DNA of 64,000 nt from Candidatus Dormiibacterota bacterium. Lineage in GTDB: Bacteria > Chloroflexota > Dormibacteria > Aeolococcales > Bog-877. Position numbers and translations under genes: made by a program. Below are positions 8,938 through 18,454 of the stretch, piece after piece. Numbering within the stretch: position 1 is the first letter of the stretch; every line of letters starts with the position of its first letter. The notes under the pieces were generated by a model. The model did no database searches. It was not told the DNA's origin and was given only the letters and a program-made list of their open reading frames with translations. The stretch spans positions 35,115 to 99,114 of the forward strand of contig DAHVMY010000003.1 in the NCBI GenBank assembly GCA_027319585.1, given 5' to 3'.

Positions 8938-10278
8938 TCAGGACCGGCCGCCTGCCCCATAGATCCACTCCGGGTGACTCTCCCAAGCGGGAGGCTTATG
9001 CCGCAGATGGGGGGCGGTCTCACGGATGAAGAGCACGGCCATGATCGCCGACATCCCCATCAGCACCACGATCGCCCAAAAGGCCGCCGCCAGCCCGAAG
9101 AGGGCCGCGATCCCTCCCAGGATCAATGGCCCCACGGCGTATCCGCCGTCCCGCCAGAGCCGGTACACGCCGAGCGCCCCGCCCCGCCAGCTGGGGTCCG
9201 CGACATCGCCAACGCAGGAGATGAGGTTGGGATAGACCAGTGCCATGCCGACTCCCATCACAGCTGCCGCGAGCAGCCAGGCGCCCAACCCCGAGGTTGT
9301 GAGGGTCGCTAAGACCCCGATGCCGATCAGGAAGATGCCGGCGGTGATGGGAAGCCGGCGGCCGACCCGGTCCGCGAGGGCGCCGGTGGCGACCTGGCCC
9401 ACGCCCCAAACCCATGCGTAGACCCCCACCAGCAGTCCGACCTGCAACAGCGACAGTCCGCGTTGGAGGAAGTACAGGGGGAAGAAGCCGATCACCAAAC
9501 TGTCGGCGAACTTGTTTAGGAATCCGCCCCAGCAGACCGCCAGCATGGTCCGGTCGCGCCAGCTCATGTAGGTGGCGAGGCGACCGAGGCGGGGGGCGGC
9601 GGGTGCGGCCGTTATGTCCGGGCCGCGGGCGCTCTCCGCGCGAGCGAACTGGACGGTCTCCCGGGTGGGCCAGATGGTCAGCAATGCCCCCAGCAGCACA
9701 ACTCCCAGAGCAAAGACATAGGGTGCGGGACGCAGGCCGAGAGCGGTGACCAGGATCCCGGCCACGAAGCCGCCCGCTCCGACTCCCACGTACCCGGCCG
9801 CCTCGTTGATCCCCACCGCGACGCCGCGATTGACCGGGCCCACCAGGTCGATCATCGAGGTGACCGCCATGGTCCAGGTGAGCGCCTGGTTGACGCCCAG
9901 AAAGAGGTTGGCGGCCAAGACCCACACCCAGTTCTGGGCGAAGATGATCAGCAGGGCGTAGGGGACTGCGAAGGCCCAACCGGCCAGCAGCAGGAGCTTG
10001 CGCCCGTGGCGGTCGGAGAGGCGCCCGGCCACCAGGTTCATTGTCGCCTTGACCACCCCAAACGCGGAGATGAAGGAGACGGTGTACAGGACCGAGGTCA
10101 CTCCGAACGCGTGCTCCGCCAACGGGGGAAGGGCCACTCGCTCCACGCCTATGGTCGCGCCGACCAGCAGGGTGATCAGGCCCAGCAGGCTGAACTGGAA
10201 CCAATTGCGACCAAGTCCGTGGGTGCTGGTCCGGGCTGGCTGCCCGGCCCCCGGAGACTGCAGGGACACCGGTCTCAC
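8938..10278 (-). CDS. MFS transporter
   Basis: 446 aa with about 12 TM segments. MFS motif A 'GRLSDRHGRKLLL' is present. Confidence 0.85.
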   Translation of the reverse strand: MRPVSLQSPGAGQPARTSTHGLGRNWFQFSLLGLITLLVGATIGVERVALPPLAEHAFGVTSVLYTVSFISAFGVVKATMNLVAGRLSDRHGRKLLLLAGWAFAVPYALLIIFAQNWVWVLAANLFLGVNQALTWTMAVTSMIDLVGPVNRGVAVGINEAAGYVGVGAGGFVAGILVTALGLRPAPYVFALGVVLLGALLTIWPTRETVQFARAESARGPDITAAPAAPRLGRLATYMSWRDRTMLAVCWGGFLNKFADSLVIGFFPLYFLQRGLSLLQVGLLVGVYAWVWGVGQVATGALADRVGRRLPITAGIFLIGIGVLATLTTSGLGAWLLAAAVMGVGMALVYPNLISCVGDVADPSWRGGALGVYRLWRDGGYAVGPLILGGIAALFGLAAAFWAIVVLMGMSAIMAVLFIRETAPHLRHKPPAWESHPEWIYGAGGRS

Positions 10279-10497
10279 CAGTGGTCGCCGGCCACGGTTG
10301 GGCGCATCCGTGGCGACGGGGTGGCCTGGGCGGAGGCTTTCGCCGTGCTGAGGGAGGGCGGCCGCGGTCCGCGAAACCGGATGGGCGTTCCGCTGCGACC
10401 CCTCGCCTCAGGCGCACCCGGAACGGAGCCGTGCCCCGGCGGAGGGGGTGAGCCCCGCGCAATCCTCGTCCGGCCGGGTGTGAGCACCGCGAGGCGC

Positions 10498-11163
10498 TCA
10501 GGCCGCGCCCTGTTCCACCGGCCGATCCGCCAACTTCCACTCCGGGTATCCCAGGGCCATGCGGCGGGCCGGGATCCCCCAGGTGCGAAGTTTGGCGACC
10601 GCGTCGCGAGCGAAGACGCAGTAGGGGCCACGGCAGTACGCGACGATCTCGCGATCGCGCGGCAGGGTGTCGCGGTACTGGTCGAGTTCATCCAGCGGGA
10701 TCGAGATCGCGCCCGCGATGTGGCCTGCCGCGAATTCGAGCCGGGGCCTGACGTCCACCAGGGTCACCTCGCCTCGGGCCAGCCGCTCGGCCAGGTCGTC
10801 CAGGGTGATCGGTTCCAGAGCGTCATCGTGCTCGAATTCCGATGCGACCAGGGCGGGTAGCTCCGGGATCTCGGTGGCCGCGACATTACGCAGCCGGATC
10901 CATAGCTCTCCCACCGCTGGGGAGCTCAGCCGGTAGCGAACCTGGGTCCCCACCTTCCGTCGCGCCACCAGGTGAGCTCGGTGCAGCACCTGAAGATGCT
11001 GTGAGGTGCTGGCTAGGCTCAGCCGCGCCTCCTGGGCCAGTTCCTCAACGCTCCGCTCTCCCTGGCACAGGAGATCAAGGATCTCCAACCGGTGTCCGTT
11101 GCCCAACGCGTGTCCGGCCCGAGCGACCTGCTCGTAGAGCTGATTCTTGAATATTCCATTCAT
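10498..11163 (-). CDS. ArsR/SmtB-family HTH regulator fused to a rhodanese domain
   Basis: The N-terminal winged HTH reads 'LEILDLLCQGERSVEELA...STSQHLQVL'. The C-terminal rhodanese has the active-site loop 'AYCRGPYCVFA'. Confidence 0.85.
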   Translation of the reverse strand: MNGIFKNQLYEQVARAGHALGNGHRLEILDLLCQGERSVEELAQEARLSLASTSQHLQVLHRAHLVARRKVGTQVRYRLSSPAVGELWIRLRNVAATEIPELPALVASEFEHDDALEPITLDDLAERLARGEVTLVDVRPRLEFAAGHIAGAISIPLDELDQYRDTLPRDREIVAYCRGPYCVFARDAVAKLRTWGIPARRMALGYPEWKLADRPVEQGAA

Positions 11164-11182
11164 AGATTGAACATCATACCAT

Positions 11183-11199
11183 TGTGCCAGCGCGGCACA
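11183..11199. promoter_or_regulatory. Inverted repeat upstream of the ArsR-rhodanese gene (operator or hairpin)
   Basis: TGTGCC-AGCGC-GGCACA lies 20-36 nt upstream of the ATG at 11163. Confidence 0.25.
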
Positions 11200-11410
11200 G
11201 CCGGCCTCGGTCGGCCACGCATACCCCCGGCTGTCGCCACTGGCGGGCGTCAGGGCCGATCCGTCACCAGCGCGGGCCGGCCTCTGGGCTGGATGCGTTC
11301 GCTGAAAACACCAGGCACGACCCAGACGGCGCCGGTCGTCGCCTGCGGCCGCTCCCCTGACTGCAGTCCTGAGCTATCCCACCGGATTGGGTGGCAGTCT
11401 CGTCCTCAGG

Positions 11411-11707
11411 TCACTCGTCGGGATGCAGCTTGTGGACGCGGGCAGGCTTGGCCGGCCGCCGGCGAGCCGGAGGCCGGCGAGCCCTCGGCGCCTGGGCGGG
11501 GGTGATCGCTCGCTCCAACTGCTCGGCGCACTCGCCCATCCGACGAGCGGACTCATGAAGCAAGCGGAGCACCTGATCCGCGACCATCCCTTCCAGACCG
11601 GGGCCGTCGGCGCGGCGGCGCAGCTCTGAGGCCGCCCGGCTCGCCAGCGCGGCCAGATCGATGCGATACGAAGGCACGGTCCGGCGGGCTCGGGTCGGGT
11701 CCGGCAT
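11411..11707 (-). CDS. Hypothetical protein (98 aa, helical, basic C-terminus)
   Basis: ATG at 11707 overlaps the upstream gene's TGA by 1 nt (TGATG). No family was recognised. Confidence 0.4.
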   Translation of the reverse strand: MPDPTRARRTVPSYRIDLAALASRAASELRRRADGPGLEGMVADQVLRLLHESARRMGECAEQLERAITPAQAPRARRPPARRRPAKPARVHKLHPDE

Positions 11708-12054
11708 CAGCGCCAGCGCTCCGAAGATCGACCCCGCGCGCGTTGCCACACGGGCTCCAGCGCGGCTCCGGCCAGGAGGAGGAGGACGGCTCCACCCATG
11801 GCCTCGGCGACCAGGGTGAATCCGAAGCTCCCCAGCACGACCGCCGCGATCACCAGTAGGGGTATCAGGGCCATCACCAGGCGGCCAGCCCAGCTTCCCA
11901 CCCAAGCCCCGATCTCCAGCCTGGGCCGCGGCTCGCCCTGCTCTCGAGGCAGGCGCTCTTCCCAAAGAGACACCCACCATCCTGGTTGGGTCGATGAGCC
12001 CGGATCAGGAGACTGCTGATCGGGCCCGCGCCGCGGGTCGGAGCCTTGAGGCAT
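11707..12054 (-). CDS. Hypothetical membrane protein (115 aa)
   Basis: ATG start, two hydrophobic helices, coupled to the downstream ORF. Confidence 0.45.
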   Translation of the reverse strand: MPQGSDPRRGPDQQSPDPGSSTQPGWWVSLWEERLPREQGEPRPRLEIGAWVGSWAGRLVMALIPLLVIAAVVLGSFGFTLVAEAMGGAVLLLLAGAALEPVWQRARGRSSERWR

Positions 12055-12120
12055 GGGGTGCCCTGATTGTGCCGGGGACCGCTCTGGGGGCGGCTACGCT
12101 GATGCCTAGGATAGCACCAG

Positions 12121-12825
12121 GTGACCGTGTCCTCTAGCCCTCGTCGGCCCGCCCCGGCCGTGCCCGCGCAGCCCTCCCTGAGGCTCCTTCACGAGCACAT
12201 CCTGGGGTGCCGCAGCTGCTGTCGGGAGGGGCTGCTTGCGGCGTGCGCGCCCGTTCTCTGTGCGCCGTCCGCGTCCCGGATGATGCTGGTGGGACAGGCC
12301 CCGGGGCGGCTCGAGGTGACGACCAGGCGCCCATTCAGCGGCCGGGCCGGGAGGGAACTGTTCCGCTGGTTGAAGGCGGCCGGTTTGGGCACCGAGGAGG
12401 AGGCCAGGGCCGCCGTCTACCTGACCTCCATCACCAAGTGCTTCCCCGGCGCGGCGAGCTCGGGTAGCGGGGACCGCCGGCCCAGCTCGCGGGAGATCGA
12501 ACTATGCCGGCCCCACCTGGAGGCGCAGCTTTCCCTGCTCGCACCGTGGCTGGTGATCGCGGTGGGGCAGCTGGCGATCAGCCGCTTCCTGGGACGGCGC
12601 AGCATGGACGAGGTGGTCGGCAGGGTGTACCTGCGCACGGGGAGCGAGCACCTCGTGGGTGCTCCGGTTCCTGCCGACGCACTCCCGTTGCTGCTGCCAC
12701 TTCCCCATCCCTCGGGAGCCAGCCGCTGGCTGAACCAGCCGCAGCACCGTGACCAGCTGGCGCGGGCGCTCGCCCAGCTGGGCCGCCTCCGCGAGGCGCC
12801 CCCGGGGCTCTCGGCGCCTATCTGA
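12121..12825 (+). CDS. Uracil-DNA glycosylase superfamily protein
   Basis: Motif A-like 'GQAPG...RPFSGRAG', 'TSITKCFPG', and motif B 'LPHPSGASRW' are present. Confidence 0.75.
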   Translation: MTVSSSPRRPAPAVPAQPSLRLLHEHILGCRSCCREGLLAACAPVLCAPSASRMMLVGQAPGRLEVTTRRPFSGRAGRELFRWLKAAGLGTEEEARAAVYLTSITKCFPGAASSGSGDRRPSSREIELCRPHLEAQLSLLAPWLVIAVGQLAISRFLGRRSMDEVVGRVYLRTGSEHLVGAPVPADALPLLLPLPHPSGASRWLNQPQHRDQLARALAQLGRLREAPPGLSAPI

Positions 12826-12832
12826 GTTTGCG

Positions 12833-12838
12833 TATAAT
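12833..12838 (+). promoter_or_regulatory. Consensus -10 hexamer TATAAT
   Basis: A perfect TATAAT sits in a locally AT-rich patch 8 nt after the UDG stop and upstream of the hypothetical gene. Confidence 0.25.
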
Positions 12839-12938
12839 CGGGCAAATCTTGGGTGGAAAGCAGCATGCGCGCGGCGTCGGCTCGCAGCCCCGGGGTCGGT
12901 CGGCCGCGCCTGAGCCCAGGGGATCGAGCGAGGGGGAG

Positions 12939-13397
12939 GTGAGCACCGCTCCCAAGGTCGGCGCGACGCGATCCGCGGACGACATCCTCGAGCTCATCTT
13001 CACGCCCACTCCGCGGGCCAGCCCGGCCGAGCAGGCGGAGCGCACCCTGCGGCGGCCCAAGCCGCTGGTCTACGTCGCCATGAGCAACCGAAACTTCTTC
13101 TGGCGCCAGCAGCTCACCAAGTACGTCCTCGATGAGGGCAGGGTGCCGGTCACTCCCTTCATGCTCTTCGACTACTACCTGCTGCACACCGTGCCCAAGG
13201 ACCTGGTCCGGGAGGCGATGAACAACCTGATCGCCCGGTGTGAGGAGATGTGGGTCTTCGGAGACATGTCGCTGGGGCTCAAGGTCCAGGTGGGGATCGC
13301 CAAGCGGATGCGCAAGACGGTGCGCTACTTCGACATCAGCGAGCTCCCGTACCAGATCAACTCGGTGCCCGAGTCGATGGTCTCCGAGGAGCGCTGA
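12939..13397 (+). CDS. Hypothetical protein, possibly a nucleoside 2-deoxyribosyltransferase-like (DUF4406-like) fold
   Basis: The conserved-looking core is 'PLVYVAMS...VPVTPF...LIARCEEMWVFGDMSLGLKVQVGIAKRMRKTVRYF'. The start is uncertain: the track uses TTG 12828, but a TATAAT box at 12833-12838 argues for a downstream start, and GTG 12939 is the best in-frame candidate. Confidence 0.5.
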   Translation: MSTAPKVGATRSADDILELIFTPTPRASPAEQAERTLRRPKPLVYVAMSNRNFFWRQQLTKYVLDEGRVPVTPFMLFDYYLLHTVPKDLVREAMNNLIARCEEMWVFGDMSLGLKVQVGIAKRMRKTVRYFDISELPYQINSVPESMVSEER

Positions 13398-13485
13398 CCG
13401 CGCCGGGCCGCCCGCCCCAACGGCACCGGCCAGGGTGCTGCGGCGATGCCGGTCCGACCAGGCGAGCTCGGGGTGGGCTGGCTCG

Positions 13486-14850
13486 GTGAGCGGGTTCACG
13501 GTGGTGGAGCGGCTGCCGAGGCCCGGCCCCGCGGCTGCGGTCTATGAGTCTGGCTGGCAATCATGGAGTCCTGCGGGGCTGTACCACCTTGACCAGGCAC
13601 CGCCCCGCCCGCGCTCGCCTCGGGCGGCGTCCATGTCGTACCGGCCCGAGGTCAGCCCCGAGCCGGAGTGCTTCCAGGGCGAGGGCCTGCTGCTGCTGCA
13701 CCTTCCCGCGGAGGACCGGTGCCGGATCTGGTCGGGCCCGGTCGGGAGCCTGGAGGTCCCCACGATCCGCCTTCGCCGCGGCCGGCGCCTGCTGCAGGTC
13801 GAGGCGGACGGGCCGGTGGTGTCGGAGACGGTGGACGGACCGGCGGCTCCAGCCCTGGCTGCACACTTCGCCAGGCTCGGCCTCCAGCGGAGGGCACGGC
13901 TCGCGTCGTCCACGTTCCCGGGGGTCTGGTGTTCGTGGGGGTTCCATCGTCAGCGGGTCACGGCCGCCGACGTCGATGCTGCGGTGGAGCAGGTCGAGCG
14001 CTGGGAGCTCCCGATCGATGTCTTCCTGGTCGATGACGGCTGGCAGCGCGGGATCGGGGACTGGCGTGCCCAGCGGCCGGGATTCGGGGACCTGGCCGCA
14101 TTGGCGAAGCGCCTCCAAGCTCGGGGGCGGAGGCTCGGGCTGTGGTTGGCACCATTTCTGGTGGGGGACCGCAGCGCCCTGGCCGCGGCGCATCCTGACT
14201 GGGTGGTGGATGGGCCACCACATCCCCGGTGTTGGGGTCAGGGAGTCTCCGCTCTCGACCTCGGCAATCGGGAGGCCGCCCAGCACCTTCAGGAGCAGCT
14301 CCAGGCACTCTGCGAGTTGGGCTGCTCCTATTTCAAGCTCGACTTCCTCTATGCGGGCGCCTGGCCGGGGCGAAGGGCCCACGGGTTGAGCCCACTGGAG
14401 GGATATCGGCATGGGCTGGAGCGGGTGCGGGCCGCGGTCGGCCCCGAGGCGATCCTGGTCGGATGCGGCGCGCCCCTCCTCCCCAGTGTCGGGCTGGTTG
14501 ACGCGATGCGGGTCAGCCCCGACATCGCCCTGCACCTGCACCCGGCGACGGGCGATCTCAGTCAGCCGTCGCTGGAGTCGGCCCTCCACACCGGCCGCGC
14601 CCGGGCAGGGATGCACCAGCGACTCTGGGTCAACGATCCGGACATGCTCCTGGCGCGTCGCCGCATGCCGAGCCGGGACCTCTGGGCCGAGCATGTTGCC
14701 GCCACTGGAGGGGTGGTGGCGTCGGGGGACCGGCTCTCCGATCTCGACCGCCATGGCCTCGCGCTGCTGCGTGAGGCGCTGGGGCGCCGCCGCTGCACCC
14801 CGGTCACCTGGGAGCCCATCTGCGACATCGCCCAGGGCCAGCTGCGATGA
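13486..14850 (+). CDS. Alpha-galactosidase-like glycoside hydrolase (melibiase, GH36/GH27 clan)
   Basis: 'WCSWG', 'FLVDDGWQ' and 'SYFKLDFLY' are present. Start placed at GTG 13486, because the track's upstream part overlaps the previous gene out of frame. Confidence 0.65.
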   Translation: MSGFTVVERLPRPGPAAAVYESGWQSWSPAGLYHLDQAPPRPRSPRAASMSYRPEVSPEPECFQGEGLLLLHLPAEDRCRIWSGPVGSLEVPTIRLRRGRRLLQVEADGPVVSETVDGPAAPALAAHFARLGLQRRARLASSTFPGVWCSWGFHRQRVTAADVDAAVEQVERWELPIDVFLVDDGWQRGIGDWRAQRPGFGDLAALAKRLQARGRRLGLWLAPFLVGDRSALAAAHPDWVVDGPPHPRCWGQGVSALDLGNREAAQHLQEQLQALCELGCSYFKLDFLYAGAWPGRRAHGLSPLEGYRHGLERVRAAVGPEAILVGCGAPLLPSVGLVDAMRVSPDIALHLHPATGDLSQPSLESALHTGRARAGMHQRLWVNDPDMLLARRRMPSRDLWAEHVAATGGVVASGDRLSDLDRHGLALLREALGRRRCTPVTWEPICDIAQGQLR

Positions 14851-14958
14851 AGGGCGCGCCGCACTTGTGCCGCGGGCATTCGGCTTGCGACACTGCGCCG
14901 GTTAACTCTCAGTTCCGGCTCAAGTGGGGGGCGCCGTCTTGATGCACACTGGAATGTC

Positions 14959-16044
14959 ATGAGGCGCAAGCTCACCTGGCTGGTAGCCACCCTCAACCAC
15001 CCCCGCGCGCGGGCCGTGGTCGGTGCCCTGGTGGCGGCGGTCCTGTTGGCGCTGGTGCTGACGAAGGTCTCGATCGCGCGGGTCGAGGCCGCCCTCGCCC
15101 ATGTCTCGGTGCCACTGCTGGTGCTGGCGGCCCTGCTCGCCGTTGCCTACGTGGCGATGCGGGCCTGGCGCTACCACCTGTTGCTGGGGCGCGGCTCGTG
15201 GGTCGCGACCATGGGGGTGACCGCCGCCAGTTGGGGTGCCGGGCAGGTGCTGCCCGGTCCCGGCTCCGATGCCGCCTTCATCTGGTTCGCCAAGTCCGAT
15301 CTGGACGCCTCCGTGACCCGCGGCACCGGGGCGGCCTTGGTGGCCCGGCTTTTGGATCTGGCCAGCCTGGCCATGATCCTGCTGGTCTCGGCGGATCTGG
15401 CGGGGGTGCGCCTGGCCCGCCCGCTGCGAATCACCGCCGTGGCCCTAGCCATCGGTTTGGTGGTCCTGCTGCTGCTCTTCTTTGTGCGCCCGACCCGGAG
15501 GTGGTTGCTGGCCCGGGCGGAGCGGCTGCCGGTGGTGGGCTCGTTCGCCGTCCGCGCCGAGGTGGCGCTGGCTGATCTCAGCAGCTCCCGCGTCGTCGCT
15601 GGCCTGGTGGTGTCCACGGTCCTGGCCAGAGTTCTCGCGGCGCTGGAATACCTCTGCTTCTTCTGGGCCCTGGGAGCTCATCTCAGCTTCTGGCAGGTGT
15701 GGCTGGCGCTGGCGGTGCGGACGCTGCTGTTCGCCCTGCCGGTCCAGGGGCTTGGCGGCCTCGGGACATCCCAGGTCTGGTGGGCTGGCGGATTGGCCCT
15801 GGCCGGGTTGCCCCTCACCGCGGCTCTGACCCTGGGCCTTGAGGTCCAGGTCCTCGATCTGGTGGTGGCCCTCCCGGAGGGGTTCCTTGGGTGGCTGGCG
15901 CTGCGGGTCCGCCGCCAGGTGAGCACGGGCGGTCCGCATCCGGTGCCGGTGGCCGAGTCCATTACTTCACTCTCGCCCCCGGCCCCCGCCACCGCGCCGC
16001 CTCGGGAGCTGACGGGGTCGCGCGGCCCCCGTTCGCGGGGCTGA
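14959..16044 (+). CDS. UPF0104 / lysylphosphatidylglycerol-synthase-TM-region (flippase-like) membrane protein
   Basis: 361 aa with about 8 TM segments and an N-terminus typical of the family ('...VSIARVEAALAHVSVPLLVLAALLAVAYVAMRAWRYHLLL'). Confidence 0.65.
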   Translation: MRRKLTWLVATLNHPRARAVVGALVAAVLLALVLTKVSIARVEAALAHVSVPLLVLAALLAVAYVAMRAWRYHLLLGRGSWVATMGVTAASWGAGQVLPGPGSDAAFIWFAKSDLDASVTRGTGAALVARLLDLASLAMILLVSADLAGVRLARPLRITAVALAIGLVVLLLLFFVRPTRRWLLARAERLPVVGSFAVRAEVALADLSSSRVVAGLVVSTVLARVLAALEYLCFFWALGAHLSFWQVWLALAVRTLLFALPVQGLGGLGTSQVWWAGGLALAGLPLTAALTLGLEVQVLDLVVALPEGFLGWLALRVRRQVSTGGPHPVPVAESITSLSPPAPATAPPRELTGSRGPRSRG

Positions 16045-16112
16045 GCCACTCCGCTTGCTGGCCGGGCCAAGGTGAGGTCCGCGGTGTCGCCGCCGGTGTC
16101 GGCCCGCGGCAC

Positions 16113-16943
16113 TCAGGGGGCCAGCAGCGCGTGCATCACCCCGAGAAGTTTGCGGTGGGAGGGAACGACGGCCCGGCAGGGCCGGCGGCGGCCGCGGCCC
16201 TCGCGTTCTATCTGCCGCAGAATCTGCCGATACATGAGGCCCGCGGCCTTGACCGGTCTGCCGCCGCGCCGGAGCATGGCTGTGCCCGGCAGGGCCTGCT
16301 CGTACCAGTGGTCGGCGATGGCGATCTCCACCCGGAGGAGCAGGGTCCGGTCGTCGTGCCTGAGGTCGCTGACCCCGGCGAGGGCAAGGGTCTGGCGGGG
16401 CAGGTAGCAACGTCCCCGGCCCAGGTCCTCGTCGATGTCACGGAGGATGTTGGTGCGCTGCATGGCGATCCCCAAGGCGCGGGCGGCCTGGTCGGCGGCG
16501 GGGTCCACCACCCCCAGGATCGACGCCATCAGCCGACCCACGGTTCCGGCCACCTGGTAGGCGTAGAGGTTGAGATCCGCCTCGGTCTCCACCGCGAACG
16601 GGTGCATGTCCCGGAGCTGGCCGCGGCAGAAGTCGGTCACCGCGTCTCGGGGGAGCCCCGGGTAGCGACCGACGAGGTGCTCCAGGATCTCGGTCTCCTG
16701 ACTCGTCACCAGCCCTCTCTCGCTCCAATCCATCGCACCCAGCAGGCGGTTCTCGGCGTCCACCGCGCCGAAGTCCACCAGGTCGTCGAGCTGCCGGCAC
16801 ACCAGGTAGAGCAGGTACACGTCGGGGCGCACCCCGGCGGGCAGCAGCCGGGTGGCGAGAGCGAAGGTTCGGGCCACCCGGTTGGTGGTGGCGATCGCCT
16901 CGTCAAGGTAGGTCTGGATGGCCGGGGACGTGCTCAGCGCCAC
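16113..16943 (-). CDS. crtB: Phytoene synthase
   Basis: Asp-rich motifs 'CRQLDDLVD' and 'RDIDEDLGRGRCYLP' are present. The start overlaps the crtI stop by 10 nt. Confidence 0.9.
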   Translation of the reverse strand: MALSTSPAIQTYLDEAIATTNRVARTFALATRLLPAGVRPDVYLLYLVCRQLDDLVDFGAVDAENRLLGAMDWSERGLVTSQETEILEHLVGRYPGLPRDAVTDFCRGQLRDMHPFAVETEADLNLYAYQVAGTVGRLMASILGVVDPAADQAARALGIAMQRTNILRDIDEDLGRGRCYLPRQTLALAGVSDLRHDDRTLLLRVEIAIADHWYEQALPGTAMLRRGGRPVKAAGLMYRQILRQIEREGRGRRRPCRAVVPSHRKLLGVMHALLAP

Positions 16944-18454
16944 CTGGCCACCTCCTCCTCGAGGAGCAGCCCGCTGGTGAGAGCTGCCCCCATCAGCACT
17001 CCCGGGATCCCGGCGCCGGGGTGGGTGCCCGCGCCCACGTGATACAGCCCGCGAACTCGGCGGTCCCGATTGGGCTGCCTGAAGTAGGCGGACTGGAGCA
17101 GGGTCGGCTCCGGGCCGAAGGCGTTGCCCAGGTGCGCGCGCAGGCGGCTCTGGAAGTCCACGGGGCTCCAGCTCCGCTCCAGCACCAGCGACGAGCTGAG
17201 GCCGGAGAGGCCCAATCCCTGGTCTGACTCCATGGCCTCCAAGACCTGGCGCCGCACCTGGGTCTCGGCCCGGCTCCAGTCGAGGCCGGACTTCAGATTG
17301 GGCACTGGAAGAAGCACGCTGAGGGAGTCTCCTCCGGGCGGGGCCATCGCAGGCTCGGAGCGTGCGGGGGCGTGAAGGTACAGGCTGGGAGACCGCCCGA
17401 ACCGGCCCAGCTTCGTGACATCGCGAATGAAGCCTGGGTAGTCGTCGCCCACCAGCAGGGTGTGGTGGGCGAGTTGGGGGAAGGCTCGGCTGGTTCCCAG
17501 ATACAGCAGAAAGCAGCTCATGGTCGGTTCCGGACCGGAGTCGGCGCTCTCCCCCAAGAGCCGGCGGGTCTCCACCACGTCGGCGTTGCTGACCACGTAG
17601 TCGGCAGGGTGGACCACCCCGCCGCTGGTCCTCACCCCGCTCACGCGGTCATCCCGCTGCAGGATCTCCACGACCGGGTCGCCGAACTCGAGGGTGGCGC
17701 CCGATCCCAGCAGGCGGACCAGAGCCTGCACCAGGGAATAGACACCCCCCTGCGCGTACCACACCCCCGAGTCGATCTGCAAGTACGCGAGGGCAGCGTA
17801 GACGGCCGGCACCCGATAGGGGTCACCGCCGATGAAGAGGGGATGAAACGAGAATGCCTGGCGAACATGGGGCTCCTCGAAGTAGGTCTCCACGAAGTGC
17901 TCCACCGACCTGATCGCGCCCAATCTGGCCATCGTCGGCACCAGGCGCAGGAAGTCATGGACCCTCAGGAAGGGACGGGTGCCCGCTCCCAGGATCGCCT
18001 GCTCGTAGATCCGCCGGCTGTGGGCCAGGAAGGCCGGGTAGCGGCGGGCATCGCGAACGCTGAACCGCCCGATCTGATCGGTCATGCTCGCGAAATCGGC
18101 GGAGAAGTCGAAGTGTTCCGCCCGGGCTCGCCAGTGAATGCGGTAGAAGGGCTCGAGCCGCTGCAGGCGAAGCTGGTCCGCGGTGCTGGTGCCGGCCAAA
18201 TCGAAGAGCTCATCCAGCAGCTGCGGCATGGTGATGAGCGATGGGCCGGTGTCGAAGGTGTGCCCGTGTTCGCGGATCTGGCCGGCCCGTCCGCCCGCGG
18301 TAGCAGCCGCCTCCACCACGGTCACCTCCGCTCCCGCCGCCAGCAGCCGCAGCGCGCACGCCAGCCCACCCAGGCCGCTCCCGATCACCACCACCCTGGG
18401 CGCGCGCCTTCCGCTGCGCCTCTGCGCCGTGGGCTCCGCGAGCTGAGTGGTCAC
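16934..18454 (-). CDS. crtI: Phytoene desaturase
   Basis: FAD fold 'VVVIGSGLGGLACALRL' and full-length CrtI-like sequence are present. The GTG start at 18454 overlaps the upstream stop (GTGA). The longer track ORF to 19288 is rejected. Confidence 0.9.
   Translation of the reverse strand: MTTQLAEPTAQRRSGRRAPRVVVIGSGLGGLACALRLLAAGAEVTVVEAAATAGGRAGQIREHGHTFDTGPSLITMPQLLDELFDLAGTSTADQLRLQRLEPFYRIHWRARAEHFDFSADFASMTDQIGRFSVRDARRYPAFLAHSRRIYEQAILGAGTRPFLRVHDFLRLVPTMARLGAIRSVEHFVETYFEEPHVRQAFSFHPLFIGGDPYRVPAVYAALAYLQIDSGVWYAQGGVYSLVQALVRLLGSGATLEFGDPVVEILQRDDRVSGVRTSGGVVHPADYVVSNADVVETRRLLGESADSGPEPTMSCFLLYLGTSRAFPQLAHHTLLVGDDYPGFIRDVTKLGRFGRSPSLYLHAPARSEPAMAPPGGDSLSVLLPVPNLKSGLDWSRAETQVRRQVLEAMESDQGLGLSGLSSSLVLERSWSPVDFQSRLRAHLGNAFGPEPTLLQSAYFRQPNRDRRVRGLYHVGAGTHPGAGIPGVLMGAALTSGLLLEEEVARWR

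Noticed and set aside
9020-10540. 506-aa minus-strand ORF overlapping the MFS gene in another frame
   Set aside because: Its translation is Arg/Gly/Pro-rich. The 8938..10278 frame gives a proper 12-TM MFS protein with motif A.
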